This document shows positions 1 to 12,105 of a DNA stretch of 19,581 nucleotides, one piece after another. The notes under the pieces are model-generated. The model searched no databases. It was not told the DNA's origin and saw nothing but the letters and a program-made list of their open reading frames with translations. The translations under genes and the position numbers were made by a program. This stretch comes from Octopus sinensis (taxonomy: Eukaryota): the NCBI RefSeq assembly GCF_006345805.1, contig NW_021824198.1, positions 1 through 19,581 on the forward strand. Direction: 5' to 3'. Within the stretch, counting starts at the first letter, position 1; the number at the start of each line of letters is the position of its first letter.

Positions 1-61
1 CAAAGCCTTCTGAGTGGAAATGGTAGACGGAAACGGAAGGAAGCCTGCAGTATATATAGTG

Positions 62-129
<68 letters not shown>

Positions 130-402
130 ATATATATTTATATATATACATATATATTTATATATATACAGACATGTATGTACGTGTGTTTTTGTGTGGT
201 GTGTCCAGTGTGTTTGTCCCGCATTCATTGCTTGGCAACCGACGTTGGTGCGTTTACGTCCCCGTAACTTAGCGGTTCGGCAATAGACACCGACAGAATA
301 AGTACTAGGCTTACAAATATTAAGTCCTGGGGGTCGATTTGCTTCACTAAAGGAAGTGCTCCAGCATGACCGTTGTCAAATGACTGAAACAAATAAAAGA
401 AT
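1..402 (+). mobile_element. tRNA-derived SINE, family A (5' part cut off by the window edge; internal TA/TG microsatellite)
   Basis: Colinear with the copies at 3314-3730 and 11020-11461: ggtagacggaaac...(TA)n...tgtttgtccc...tttacgtccccgtaacttagcggttcggcaa...aagtactaggcttacaaa...aagtcctgggg...gtgctccagcatg...tcaaatgactgaaac. Confidence 0.9.
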
Positions 403-562
403 TAAATATATACACACAGACACACACACGCATACACACACACGCAGACACACACATATACAGATAGATAGATATGGATATAGAAATATACGAATATATA
501 TATATTTATACATACATATAGATATATATGTGTATAAATGTATGTATATATATATATGTATG

Positions 563-652
<90 letters not shown>

Positions 653-655
653 CAT
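403..655. repeat. (CA)n/(TA)n compound microsatellite
   Basis: Direct reading. Confidence 0.95.
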
Positions 656-859
656 ATTTTGTATTTCTTACCCAAACAATTATATTTAATATATTCAATA
701 ATGTTCTGATTTGTATTCCTTCATAGTTGCCTCTATATCCGAGTCTAAGTTTGGATCTGTTGAGCACTACTATGTGTCTTCTACTCGGAGAATCTTGGAT
801 CTCATCCGTAGACTATATACAATGCATGCATGTGTGTGTTTGAACGCACATATGTATGG

Positions 860-1022
860 GGCTGGTTCCTTTCTGTTTCCGTCTACCAAATCCACTCAGA
901 AGGCTTTGAATGGGACGAGGCCCTAGAAAAGGACACTTGCCCTAAGTTCCACTCACGAAGACTGAACCCAAAACTATGCGATTGGGTAGCGATTTCCTTT
1001 ACAACAGATCCACGACTGCGCG
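860..1022 (-). mobile_element. Diverged 5' (head) fragment of SINE family A
   Basis: The reverse complement reads ...gggttcagtc...gggcaagtgtcc...caaagccttctgagtggatttggtagacggaaacagaaagg, matching the head of the other family A copies with many substitutions. Confidence 0.8.
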
Positions 1023-1204
1023 CACTTACAAAGGATGTGATCGTATGCGTGTCTGTGTTTATGTCGCTGCTTCTCTTTGTTGATTGTGACAAAAAGATAA
1101 TGAGGTACTGGTTAGTATGATGTAATTAATTAAAACAGTAAGAGTGGATATCAGTTAAGATAATTACCTGTGAATACAAATACCGAACGAGACACTGTGT
1201 GTCT

Positions 1205-1504
1205 TTACATATATATATATATATATATCTATATATATATATATATATAATATATATATTATATATATTATAATATATATATATATATTATATATATATA
1301 TATGTATATATATTATATCTATATATATATATATATATATATATACAATATATATATATATATGCATATACATCTTTATGTACTTATACATACATACATA
1401 CGCAAACATACAGACAGAATACACATAGATGCATACACACACATATACACATACATACATGCATACATACACATAACAACACATACTTACACGCGCACCC
1501 ACAC

Positions 1505-1544
<40 letters not shown>

Positions 1545-1556
1545 CATATATATATG
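1205..1556. repeat. (TA)n/(TACA)n/(CA)n low-complexity tract
   Basis: Direct reading. Confidence 0.9.
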
Positions 1557-1635
1557 TTCCTTGTTCTACCATCAATACAGGGAGAAAATGATGACTGAGA
1601 GACAGGTAAACACACGCATGTTTACGTCTTTATCC

Positions 1636-1854
1636 GGCAGACACGTTAGCGCGCCGGGCAAGATGCTTAGAGGTATTTCGTCTGTCGTTACGTTCTGAGT
1701 TCAAATCCGCCGAGGGTCGACTTTACCTTTCATCCTTTCGGGTCGATAAATAAAGTACCATTTTCGCACTGGGGGCGATTAATCGACTCAATCCCTTCGT
1801 TCTGTCCTTGTTTGTCCCCTCTATGTTTAGCCCCTTGTGAGCAGTAAAGAAATA
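1636..1854 (+). mobile_element. tRNA-derived SINE, family B (one unit)
   Basis: A-box-like ggcagacacgttagc, B-box-like gagttcaaatcc, body gtcgactttacctttcatcctttcgggtcgataaataaagtacc, tail ttagccccttgtgagcagtaaagaaata; colinear with 14243-14420 and 18211-18763. Confidence 0.9.
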
Positions 1855-2052
1855 TATATACGTTATTGTATATATGTATATATATATATATATATATATA
1901 GATATATATATATATATGAATAGAATTTTATACATATGCATATGTATATATACCACACACACACATATATATATATACATATACATTTATACATAGACAT
2001 ATATATATATATACAACATATTATATATATATAATATATATATATATATATG
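1855..2052. repeat. (TA)n-rich microsatellite tract
   Basis: Direct reading. Confidence 0.9.
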
Positions 2053-2947
2053 TTTACGCATAATACATACAGGTCTGTATAGTGTGTATCTATGTGCACA
2101 TGTGTACTCTTGCGCGGGTGGGGGTATTTGTAAATTAAAAATCCCGGTGATTGGTCAGAAAAAGAAAAATGGAAGTTTAAAAACAAATGCACTCAAATAT
2201 ATACATACACACACATTCACACAAATACTTCTTCACAAACATACACTCACTGAAGGACACACACACACACACACACAGATGCATGCATTCAACGCATGAC
2301 CACACTCACAAACATAAGCTTTATAAGCTACAGTGTCACATACATACACCGACATACAAGTCGTTTTGTTGTTCTGCCTCACGCTCTGCATGTGACAATA
2401 TCTGCGCATTTGTTTTTGTTGGCAGTATTGTTGCTGTTGTTGTTGTTGTTGTTGGGTGTTGTTACATAAACGACTTGCCTCCAGGTAAGAAAAAACAACA
2501 ACAGCATTAATCAAACATTAAAGAAAAACAGAAAAAACAAGACTATTATACTCAAGAGCAATATGTCGACTTGGCTAATTTACCCGCTAAACAGAAACGG
2601 AAGCAAATTAATGTTTGATCGTAGGCTGACTGAGGAAATTTTCCACGATTCCTTAATGTGGACCAATTTAGCTTCACCCTCCACCCCCAACCCACATCCA
2701 ACATACACCCTACGCACATAACAACAATAACAACATTACAAAACGATGATATACTAAAAAAGAAAAAAAAAATTACATCGGGGTAGGTTGATGCAGGCTG
2801 CCAAATGGAATATCATGTTTTCGGGTGATCGTCGTTCTGTTTTAAGTTAGATCCTGCGCGCGCAACATCATGTGATGTATAATAGGTTTACACAAAAACA
2901 CAACAAACACACAAAGACTAGCACACTTCATGCATAGGTTCAAACTT

Positions 2948-2989
2948 CCATATATATATATATATATATGATATATATATATGTGTGTG

Positions 2990-3029
<40 letters not shown>

Positions 3030-3150
3030 GTGTATATATTTCATTACATACATATAAATATTATATATATATACATATGCACACACCATATATATACATA
3101 CGTACATTCATGCATAAACACATATACATGTATATATGTATATATACATA
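2948..3150. repeat. (TA)n/(TG)n low-complexity tract
   Basis: Direct reading. Confidence 0.85.
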
Positions 3151-3248
3151 TATAAATGCTTTTTCTTGTATCGTCTATCTGGATGTTTTGTTGTCCTTTT
3201 TGTATCATCTAGTTGTCCGATGATTTGCGTTCTTGCCCCATTTTGTAT

Positions 3249-3294
<46 letters not shown>

Positions 3295-3313
3295 TATTAT
3301 ATATATATATATA

Positions 3314-3525
3314 TACTCTTTACTCTTTACCTCTTTTACTTGTTTCAGTCATTTGACTGCGGCCATGCTGGAGCACCGTCTTTAATCGAGAAACTCGACC
3401 GGGACTTATTCTTTTGTAAGCCCAGTACTTATTCTATCGGTTTCTTTTGCCGACCGCTAATAACAGGGACATAAACACACCAGCATCGGTTGTCAGCAAT
3501 GCTAGGGACAAACACAGACACACAA

Positions 3526-3558
<33 letters not shown>

Positions 3559-3730
3559 CATAATACGACGGGCTTCTTTCAGTTTCCGTCTACCAAATCC
3601 ACTCACAAGGCTTTGGTCGGCCCGAGGCTATAGTAGAAGACATTTGCCCAATGTGCCATGCAGTGGGACTGAACCCGGAACCATGTGGTTGGTAAACTAT
3701 AGCTACTTACCACACAGCCACTCCTGCGCC
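3314..3730 (-). mobile_element. Full-length tRNA-derived SINE, family A
   Basis: On the minus strand: head ggcgcaggagtggctgtgtggt (A box TGGCTGTGTGG), B box GGTTCAGTCCC, internal (TA)/(TG) tract, 3' end gacggtgctccagcatggccgcagtcaaatgactgaaac, then a tandem (aaagagt)-type tail. Confidence 0.95.
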
Positions 3731-3830
3731 TATATATATACATATATATATATATATTATATATATATCTATATATATTATAATATATAGTATATATCTA
3801 TATATATATATATATATATATTATTATATA

Positions 3831-3901
<71 letters not shown>

Positions 3902-3945
3902 ATATATATATATATATATATAATATATTATATATATATATATAT
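3731..3945. repeat. (TA)n microsatellite
   Basis: Direct reading. Confidence 0.95.
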
Positions 3946-3995
3946 GTAAGAAGATGTAAGAAGATTAGAGGTCTACACAATCACAGTTATATATA

Positions 3996-4301
3996 TAAAA
4001 GATGGAGGTGGAAATAGCACATAAATTAGTCTTGAAGAGGAATTTAATAAAAATGATTTTAAAAATTATTCAAGAGAATATTACCTCTTATCGTCTGCCG
4101 TAAAAGTTCTTGACCGCCAGACAGAAGATACACTGTTTTTACTTCGAACGTTTATAAATTTTTACTGATATTTGATAAGATGAGATTCATCAAAACTAGT
4201 AATATTTTCGTTATATAGTTTTTAAAATCATTTTTATTAAATTACCTCTAAAATGAAATGTCTTAGACTTACTTCTGTGCTATTTCCTCCCCCATCTTTT
4301 A
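3996..4301. mobile_element. Imperfect long inverted repeat, MITE/foldback-like
   Basis: 3996-4065 (taaaagatggaggtggaaatagcac...agaggaatttaataaaaatgattttaaaaa) is the reverse complement of 4219-4301 apart from substitutions and one ~13-14 nt indel; ~150-bp AT-rich spacer. Confidence 0.6.
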
Positions 4302-4312
4302 CACAAACAAAC

Positions 4313-4370
<58 letters not shown>
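4302..4370. repeat. (CA)n microsatellite
   Basis: Direct reading. Confidence 0.95.
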
Positions 4371-4371
<1 letters not shown>

Positions 4372-5292
4372 AATATATTTATATATATTATCATTAATTT
4401 TCTTATTTATAGCGGTTTGATTCGACCCCATACGGCTTAAATTTTCGTTGGCTTTTTACGAAGATATTTAGTTGCATTGATCCAAATCAAACGGTTTTAA
4501 ATAATATAATGTGTAACTCCTACTAAGTGTGGTGAATGCTTCCTTCATAGACCATAAACATACAACATATCTAAGTTATCTAAGTTAAATATTGATCTTT
4601 GTTATTATTGTAAGACATATATAGAAGCACTTTAAGGTTAAACTGTAGGACGACTGGGTACGTTTTAATGGAAATCTTATAACGTTTTACAAGTTCGGAA
4701 GTGATTTCGAAGCTTCAGTATGCTCACCGACATCAGACCATTTTGCACATTTATGTGCGTGTGTGTGTGTTTGTGTATGCATGTATGTACGTAATTATAT
4801 ATGTATATATATATATACTTATATATATATATGTATATATACGTATGTATGTTTCTGTATATATTTATGTATATTTATATATGACTTCCGGCTTTCGTAG
4901 AGTAAACACGTGTTGCTTTGCTCTGTGATAAAAAAACAAGAAGGTTTGCATAAATCGACGAAATAATAGGCGAAAACTCATAAAAAACGTAGAAATTGTT
5001 ACCTTATAGACGTGTACTCGGATATTTTGGTTAAAAACCGCAATATATTTTGCTACAAGCCAAGTATAGCATACAAAAGTTAGCAACGCACGCCAGATTT
5101 CCCTGTCGAAGTAAGCACATGGTGAAATCTTCTAAATTTATTTCCAGTCGACTCTAACAGCAAAAAGAACCGTTTTTCTTTTCTTTTTTTTTTTTGCAAA
5201 ACCTCTTCGTATTTTTGGGACTTCTACCTCTTATAAGATAAGTACCCCCTTTTCATTCATTTATTTTCCCGTAATTCAATGTAAGGGCCTTT

Positions 5293-5765
5293 TCTCTGTT
5301 TACATTCTGTAATAATCTATCGTTAATTCCGTTTAAACTATTTTTTATATATTTATTTGTTACTCTGTTTATATATGTGTATGCGCACATGTGTGTATAT
5401 ATTTGTATATATTTGTATATATATATATGTATATATATATGTGTGTATATATATGTATGCGTGTGTGTTAGAAGTATAGTCTCAATTAGTTTAGTTTAGA
5501 AGAAATTGTCTGTAGCGATGGACAGATATATATTTTCTTTTTCTATTTATTCTCTGTTTACATTCTGTAATAATCTCTTGGCTTCTGTTTTTTATTTTTC
5601 TTTATATACTTATTTGTTATTTTGTTTATATATATGTATGTGCACACGTGTGTATATATGTGTATGTATGTATATATATATGTATATATATGTATATGTG
5701 TGTGTGCAATTAGTTTCGTTTAGAAATTGTCTGCGGACAGATATATATATTCTTTTTCTATTTCT
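5293..5765. repeat. Diverged tandem duplication, ~258-bp period
   Basis: tctctgtttacattctgtaataatct at 5293 and 5551. caattagttt..gtttaga..aaattgtctg..ggacagatatatat recurs near the end of both units. Confidence 0.85.
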
Positions 5766-5824
5766 TCTTTCTCTCTCTGTCTCTTCACTTCTCTCCCTCA
5801 CGCATTTCCTTGTCTCTTCATTAC

Positions 5825-6345
5825 TCTCTTCTTTCAGCACTCAATCTCTCTTCTTTCAGCTCTCAATCTCAATCTCTCTCTAAACACATAGACGCTTTCT
5901 TTCTCTTCTTTCAGCTCTCTTTATGTATGTAGACGCTTTCTTTCTCTTCTTTCAGCTCTCAATCTCTCTTTAAGCACATAGACGCTTTCTTTCTCCTCTT
6001 TCAGCTCTCAATCTCTCTTCTTTCAGCTCTCTTTAAGTATATAGACGCTTTCTTTCTCTTCTTTCAACTCTCAATCTCTCTCTAAACACATAGAAGCTTT
6101 CTTTCTCTTCTTTCAGCTCTCAATCTCTCTTTAAGCACATAGACGCTTTCTTTCTCCTCTTTCAGCTCTCAATCTCTCTTCTTTCTCTTCTTTCTTACTC
6201 TCCTCTTTCAGCTCTCAATCTCTCTTTAAATACATAGACGCTTTCTTTCTCTTCTTTCAGCTCTCAATCTCTCTTCTTCCTCTTCTTTCTTACTCTCTTC
6301 TTTCGGCTCTCAATCTCTCTTTAAGTACATAGACGCTCTCTTTCT
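5825..6345. repeat. Pyrimidine-rich modular minisatellite, basic period 49 bp
   Basis: The TAGACGC anchor occurs at 5889, 5930, 5979, 6042, 6091 (TAGAAGC), 6140, 6235 and 6330; spacings 41, 49, 63, 49, 49, 95, 95. Confidence 0.9.
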
Positions 6346-6411
6346 CTATTTCTTCCCTACCACCTATTGCACTATTAAATTAATATAAATTAATATAATG
6401 AGATAGATAGA

Positions 6412-7125
6412 TAGATAAAATATCAAGAATATCCAGAACCTGGAAAAGTGACGAATTGGCGTTGTTCCTGATAGGATTGCGATGCGCCGACGGAGATAAT
6501 CCGAATAATATAATTATGGCTGCACTGAAGAGCAATGGATACAAAAGGACGTTAGCTCAAATAGAGCAGAAGAAGCAGGAGTTTATACGCTCCTATGCAC
6601 TTATCAGATCGCACATTAACACGCTGGATGCCATCTTTGACAGCGAACAAAGTAAAGATGGCAAGGATGGAGATGCGGGTGCTGATGAAAAAAGTCACCC
6701 TCACCTGGTAGACACCCAGGAAGAAAACTCCAGTGAGAAACCTGCCCGGGAAGTAAACCCAAGTGCAAGTGCTCCTACCAGCACCAAAAGCCATGGAGAA
6801 AAGAACCAAAAAGGAGGAAAAACTAAAACTAAAACTCAGGCAAAAAACCAAAAAAACGAAACAGCCAAGGATAGAAGCAAATCTGACTATCCATATACCA
6901 AAAAGGATGGAACAAACAGCGCACACGGGTGTGTAGGTTCTACTGAGAGGTGCCTGCTGGCATGGAGAGGAAGGTGCAGGCTGCCGTTTTGCACATCTGG
7001 GACCCTGCGGCAGAGACACGAAACAGGTCAGAACCAAACTACCGAAAGGAAAAGGGATGGACCACGCACCACCTGCCCCAAAACGGAGGTACGCAGATGT
7101 GGTGCGTGCCACAACGCCAACATGA
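6412..7125 (+). pseudogene. LINE ORF1 remnant (low-complexity basic region plus frameshifted CCCH-type zinc finger)
   Basis: Open from the (GATA)n tract at ~6412 (KISRISRTWKSDELALFL...). Joining frames gives VCRFY[L]RGACWHGEEGAGCRFAH (6929-6996) and RRYADVVRATTPT* (stop 7123-7125). Confidence 0.65.
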
Positions 7126-7269
7126 CGTTGTTGAAAGGCACTGCTGACAAGAATCTTTTTTGTGCATGGTACAAAGGATTGTACAGCAGCTGACCTGGCT
7201 TCATCAAACCCAAGCTCACAGGTGGGACTACCCACAATATACAAGACCACCACAGCAAACAGACCCAAG

Positions 7270-10255
7270 ATGGACACCGCCGGCAACAACATACACGTCA
7301 TCTCGATGCTCCTACTGAACATCAGAGGACTGCAAACACTCAGTAACAGGACAAAAATCCCGTTCCTGAGAGACTTTGTCGCATGCAATCAAGGCTTATG
7401 CATAGCACTTACGGAAACGCACCTGAAACCGGACATAGCAGATGCGGAATTACACATACCACAGTATGTTGTACTACGGACCGACAGAAAAGAAAGGAGT
7501 CATGGAGGAGTTGCTATGTACATCCGTGAGGACCTCACACCTCAGGTCCTTTTGTCATACTCAAACTCGGTGTGTGACACACTAATTGTACATGTAAGGC
7601 AACTTGGTGTAGTTGTGTGTGCTACATATCGCCCTCCAGATGCCCCAAGCCATATGGGCATTTGAAGACTGCCTTATAAAAATAGAAGAAGTCTAGTCAC
7701 ACTAGAACAACACATAAGTGTACATCTCATGGGAGACTTCAATCTACCCAATGTCAGATGCCCGAGGCCTTTCTCTCCCAGGAATGACACGATGTGAACG
7801 AGGACAGCGAGGTCCCTCCTGAACCTCATCGACACCCTGTACATGGAGCAAGTAATACTCCAACCAACCAGGGCAGGTAACACACTGGATCTCTGCTTCA
7901 CAAATAATATGGATCTCATCCATAATGTGAAAGTGACACCGACACTACTCTCGGATCACAACATGGTAGAGCTGACCATGTACGGGCCAAAGGAAAGCAT
8001 GGACATGCAGCCTACAAGAAACTCTCAGAATCTTTCCAGCTTGAACTTCAATAAGGCAAACTGGAAACAAATTGAGAAAGAGATCCTCAAACAAAACTGG
8101 CCTGAATGTCTCTCCTCGCCAGACATCGACATGAAACTTCAACAATTCATGTCTGTAATGCAAGCCATATGCTACAAATGTGTCCCAGAGAGAAAGGCCA
8201 CTGTACACAAGAACAAAATCCCCAGAGAGAGGAAAATTCTAATGAGACGGCGTCAAAAATCTCAAATCGCCAAACAAAACAAATTGAAAGCAGTGAAAAG
8301 TCCGCGTGAAAATGAAACTGTTGGAAATTGAAAATGTCTGCAACTCTCCCATGAAAAGGAAAGAGCAGACAAAGAAGCCTGGCTATAGACAACATAAAAT
8401 CTAACCCCAGAGCTTTCTACAGTAATGCCAAGAAACAGCTACGGTGCACTGTAGGATAGGGCCACTCCTTGAAAGGGATGGCACACTCACAGGAAATCCA
8501 ATGAGGGTAAGTGAAATACTAAATGAGCAATTCAAGAGTGTTTTCACCCCACCCCTTGGGCATTTCCAAATCAGCAATCCAACTGACTTCTTCACCACTG
8601 CAGATATGGGGTCAGAGGTGGCGATGATTGATTACATCAATATAAAGGAAGACGATGTAATAAAGGCTATAGATGAGATGAAAACAAACTCAGCTGCTGG
8701 CCCCGATTGATTCCCGGCAATCCTTTTAAAAGTATGTAAGAGAGTCCTAGCAAGACCACGGCAGTTCCTCTTTCAGAGCTTCCTTGCAGCTGGCAAACTT
8801 CCAAGAAAACTGAAGGAAGGTAAAATATGCCCTATTCATAAAGGAGGTAGCAGAGCGGAGGCCAAGAACTACGGACCTATCTCTCTGACCTCACACATCA
8901 GCAAGGTCATGGAACGAATAGTCAGAAGGAAACTAATCACCTTCCTTGAAGAAAATTACTTGCTGCCTGACACCCAACATGGTTTCCGACCAGGAAGAAG
9001 CTGCTTAACTCAGCTCCTACAACACGATGACTGGGTGCTGAAACGACTGCTCAACCACTCAATTGTGGAAGTCATATATCTCGACTTTGCAAAGGCCTTT
9101 GATAAAGTCGATCATGGAATGATATGTCACAAACTGCGTGATCTTGGCATAGTTGGAAATTTGGGAGAATGGCTTCATGACTTTCTGAAGGATAGAAGTC
9201 AGGTGGTAATAGCCAATGGGGCCACTTCCATTAACACGCAAATAGTGAGCGGTGTTCCGCAGGGCACTGTTTTGGGACCACTACTGTTCATAATGGCCCT
9301 CTCAGACATGCCCTCAGTCACGCAGAGAGCCACGATCACAAGTTATGCGGATGATACAAAAGTTTCACAGGCAATACAGAACCCTGAAGACACTAAACAC
9401 CTGCAATGTAAGCTGGACAAAATATACAAGTGGGCTGAAAAGAATAGCATGCAGTTCAATGCTGAAAAGTTTCAAGCTTTATGCTATCAGCATGCAAAAC
9501 TGAATGCAATACCCAATGAATACACTGGACCCGGAGGGATTGCAATCCCAGAGGCACAATCAGTGCGTGACCTGGGTATTCACATGAGTGATGACGCAAT
9601 CTTTCATGTACATGTTGCTAAACTAGCAATGAAATGTAGACGGCTGGCCGGATGGATTCTTAGAACCTTTAGAACAAGAGAACAAGAAACCATGATGGTC
9701 CTCTGGAAGACACTTGTCCAAAGCCACTTTGACTATTGCTCTCAGCTATGGTCACCATTCAGTGTCAAGTTGATCACAGAACTTGAGGCGATCCAACGAA
9801 GCTACACGAAGAAGATAGCCTCTGTGCAGCATATAAGCTACTGGGAAAGACTCAAGAGATTAAAACTCTATTCCTTGGAGCGTAGGCGAGAAAGATATGC
9901 CATAATATATATCTGGAAGATCCTGGAAGGACTTGTCCCAAACTTTGGCATCGAGAGTCACACAAATGCCAGAACCGGGCGCCACTGCGTGGTACCAAGG
10001 ACTCCAAATTTGCCATCAAGATGTAGGACAAGATACTGTGATAGCCTGGGCTTCAGAGGCCCACAGCTCTTCAATACCCTCCCGAAGAACCTGAGGGACC
10101 TGCATGGTGTAGATGCGGATGTCTTTAAAGTAGGACTGGATCTCTTCCTGTCAGGTGTCCCGGATGAACCAACTTCACGGCAGGAGGTGCAGATGAGGGC
10201 AGCTGCATTGAACTCTCTCATGCACCAAATGGCAGTTGCTAAAAAGCATTCGTGA
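7270..10255 (+). pseudogene. LINE ORF2 (APE endonuclease + reverse transcriptase), disrupted
   Basis: ATG at 7270. Frameshifts near 7655-7695, 7760-7810 and 8250-8440. In-frame TGA at 8708-8710 (AAGPD*FPA; G expected). Uninterrupted from 8711 to the stop at 10255. Confidence 0.92.
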
Positions 10256-10334
10256 GGTAAAATCATGTAACAAACCAAATGGCGGTGCCCCAGCATGGCC
10301 ACAGCTCATGAGCTGAAACTGGAAAAATCAAATC

Positions 10335-10541
<207 letters not shown>

Positions 10542-11019
10542 ATGTCTGCAAAGATATATACATATCCACACACTCGTGTCATACATATTGGGTGAGCGAG
10601 AAAAAGAATGAGAAATATGTTTATATACATATGTATACACGCGCACATGCATGAAAGGACACGTGCATAGTGTGTACATTGGTCTATATGTTGCAGTCTC
10701 TGTCAATTTTATGGTACATCGCACACGCGTGACTTATGATGCAACGGTATAATTAAACGGAGATGTACGCACGTGTGTGCGCGCGTGTGTGTGTGTGTGT
10801 GTGAGTGTGTGCACGTGTGTGTGTGTGGTGTTTGTGTTATCATTTCTGTTTCATAGCTTACAATTGTTTCTACATTTCTAGGGTGATTAATTTTGCGTTG
10901 CTTCAAAACGTGTTTGTTTGTAGTAACTTAGTGATATATGTAATGCAGTTTCTTTATATGGTCAGTTAGGGACGTTGCTTTATCAGAACTTGTTACAAAA
11001 AAAAAAAAAATACAACAAC

Positions 11020-11461
11020 AGGAGTGGCTTTGTGGTAAGTAGCTTGCTTACCAACCACATGGTTCTTGGTTCATTCACACTGCGTGGCACTTTGGGCAAG
11101 TGTCTTCTACTATAGTCTTGGGCCGACCAAAGCTTTGTGAGTGCATTTAGTAGACGGAAACTGTAAGAAGCTCGTCGTATATATGTATATGTATATATAA
11201 TATATATATGTGTGTGTGTGTGTGTGTGTTTGTGTGTGTGTGTATGTTTGTGTGTCTGTGTTTGTCCCCCAACATCGCTTGACAACTGATAGTGGTGTGT
11301 TTACGTCCCCGTTACTTAGCTGTTCGGCAAAATGGGAGCGATAGACTAAGTACTAGGCTTACAAAGAATAAGTCCTGGGGTCAATTTGCTCGACTAAAAA
11401 AAGCGGTGCTCTAGCATGGTCGCAGTCAAATGACTGAAACAAGTAATAGAGTGGAAGAGTA
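11020..11461 (+). mobile_element. Full-length tRNA-derived SINE, family A
   Basis: Head aggagtggctttgtggtaagtagcttgcttaccaaccacatggttc, internal (TA)(TG) tract, 3' end gcggtgctctagcatggtcgcagtcaaatgactgaaacaagtaatagagtggaagagt. Confidence 0.95.
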
Positions 11462-12015
11462 CCCACCAAAATTAGCGTACGCTGAAATTAATGGATGCAT
11501 CATGGTAGATGTGAGTTGTTTCGTAAGTTAAACTTATTAAACCGAAAAAATGAAATAGAACCAGGGAGTGTATTCATTATTGGCAAAACGACCCTCTTGA
11601 GATACAACAAAATATGTTTCAACAGACGAGTTTGCTTCAAGAAACATAGGATCCAAGAGTAAATTTAGAATAAAAATATTAATTCGTGTATTGTACAGGA
11701 CATGTGCCTTAGTTTATTGTTCTGTATCACATGTTGCTCTGGTGTTCATGCATTGTTTATGATATACATTCTCAATGTTTTCCACCTACCAGAGTAACAC
11801 GGGATATAAGAAAGGAAATATTTATATTACTCAGAACGTATTAAACAAGGACTCAATGAAAGTCTGGAAACGAAGACGTTTAGGACAAATATATGACAAA
11901 TGAATTGAATTTGCCAAGGTTTAAGGGGAGTTAATACCTGTCTTAGTTTAACATTGTACCTCTGCTGTGTATGACATGTAAGACACAGGACATGTATTCC
12001 TGTCCATGCATCATA

Positions 12016-12105
12016 TACGAGGGGGTATCAAAATATTCCTGGACTAGTTCTATAGCACGCCAATAGATGTCAGCACGCGGTTGCGTGCACAGTGAGTGCT
12101 AGCAG
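12016..12105 (+). mobile_element. Possible solitary Tc1/mariner terminus
   Basis: TA followed by cgagggggtatcaaaa..cctggact resembles mariner-type TIR starts (TACGAGGG...), recalled from family knowledge. Internal hairpin gcacgc-ggtt-gcgtgc (12073-12088). No partner TIR found in the window. Confidence 0.45.

Larger units (their letters stand above)
6412..10335 (+). mobile_element. Non-LTR retrotransposon (LINE), CR1/L2 group, 5'-truncated and degenerate
   Basis: ORF1 remnant, then APE endonuclease motifs (LNIRGL, LTETHL, YRPP, GDFN, TLDL, SDH), RT motifs (QHGFRPGRSC, YLDFAKAFDKVDH, GVPQGTVLGPLLF, YADD, RDLGI) and C-terminal LYSLERRRERY. Short 3' UTR ending aaaaatcaaatca. Confidence 0.93.

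Noticed and set aside
3655-3730. tRNA genes at the SINE heads (also 11020-11095 and 18670-18763)
   Set aside because: A and B boxes are present, but there is no complete cloverleaf and the sequence continues into SINE bodies.
4695-4892. Opposed CGGAAGT/ACTTCCG (ETS-like) motifs as a promoter
   Set aside because: Two 7-mers in AT-rich DNA, with no downstream gene or other support.
14-5883. Many ORFs rich in IY/YI, HT or CV (also around 10442-11285, 13385-14316 and 18623-18972)
   Set aside because: They are translations of (TA)n, (CA)n and (ATT)n repeats, which lack stops in some frames. No protein signal.
5825-6345. CRISPR-like repeat-spacer array
   Set aside because: The intervening sequences are variants of the same modules rather than unique spacers; eukaryotic context; no cas genes.
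5825-6411. Minisatellite as the LINE's 5' UTR monomer array
   Set aside because: The ORF1 frame runs open up to a (GATA)n tract at ~6412 with no ATG, which suggests 5' truncation inside ORF1. The repeat is probably independent, though this is not excluded.
6552-7388. 278-aa antisense ORF over LINE ORF1
   Set aside because: Shadow frame of the A-rich sense strand; no recognisable domain.
12016-12105. Complete mariner element
   Set aside because: No reverse-complement TIR (…ttgataccccctcgta) and no transposase sequence in the window; kept only as a low-confidence terminus.
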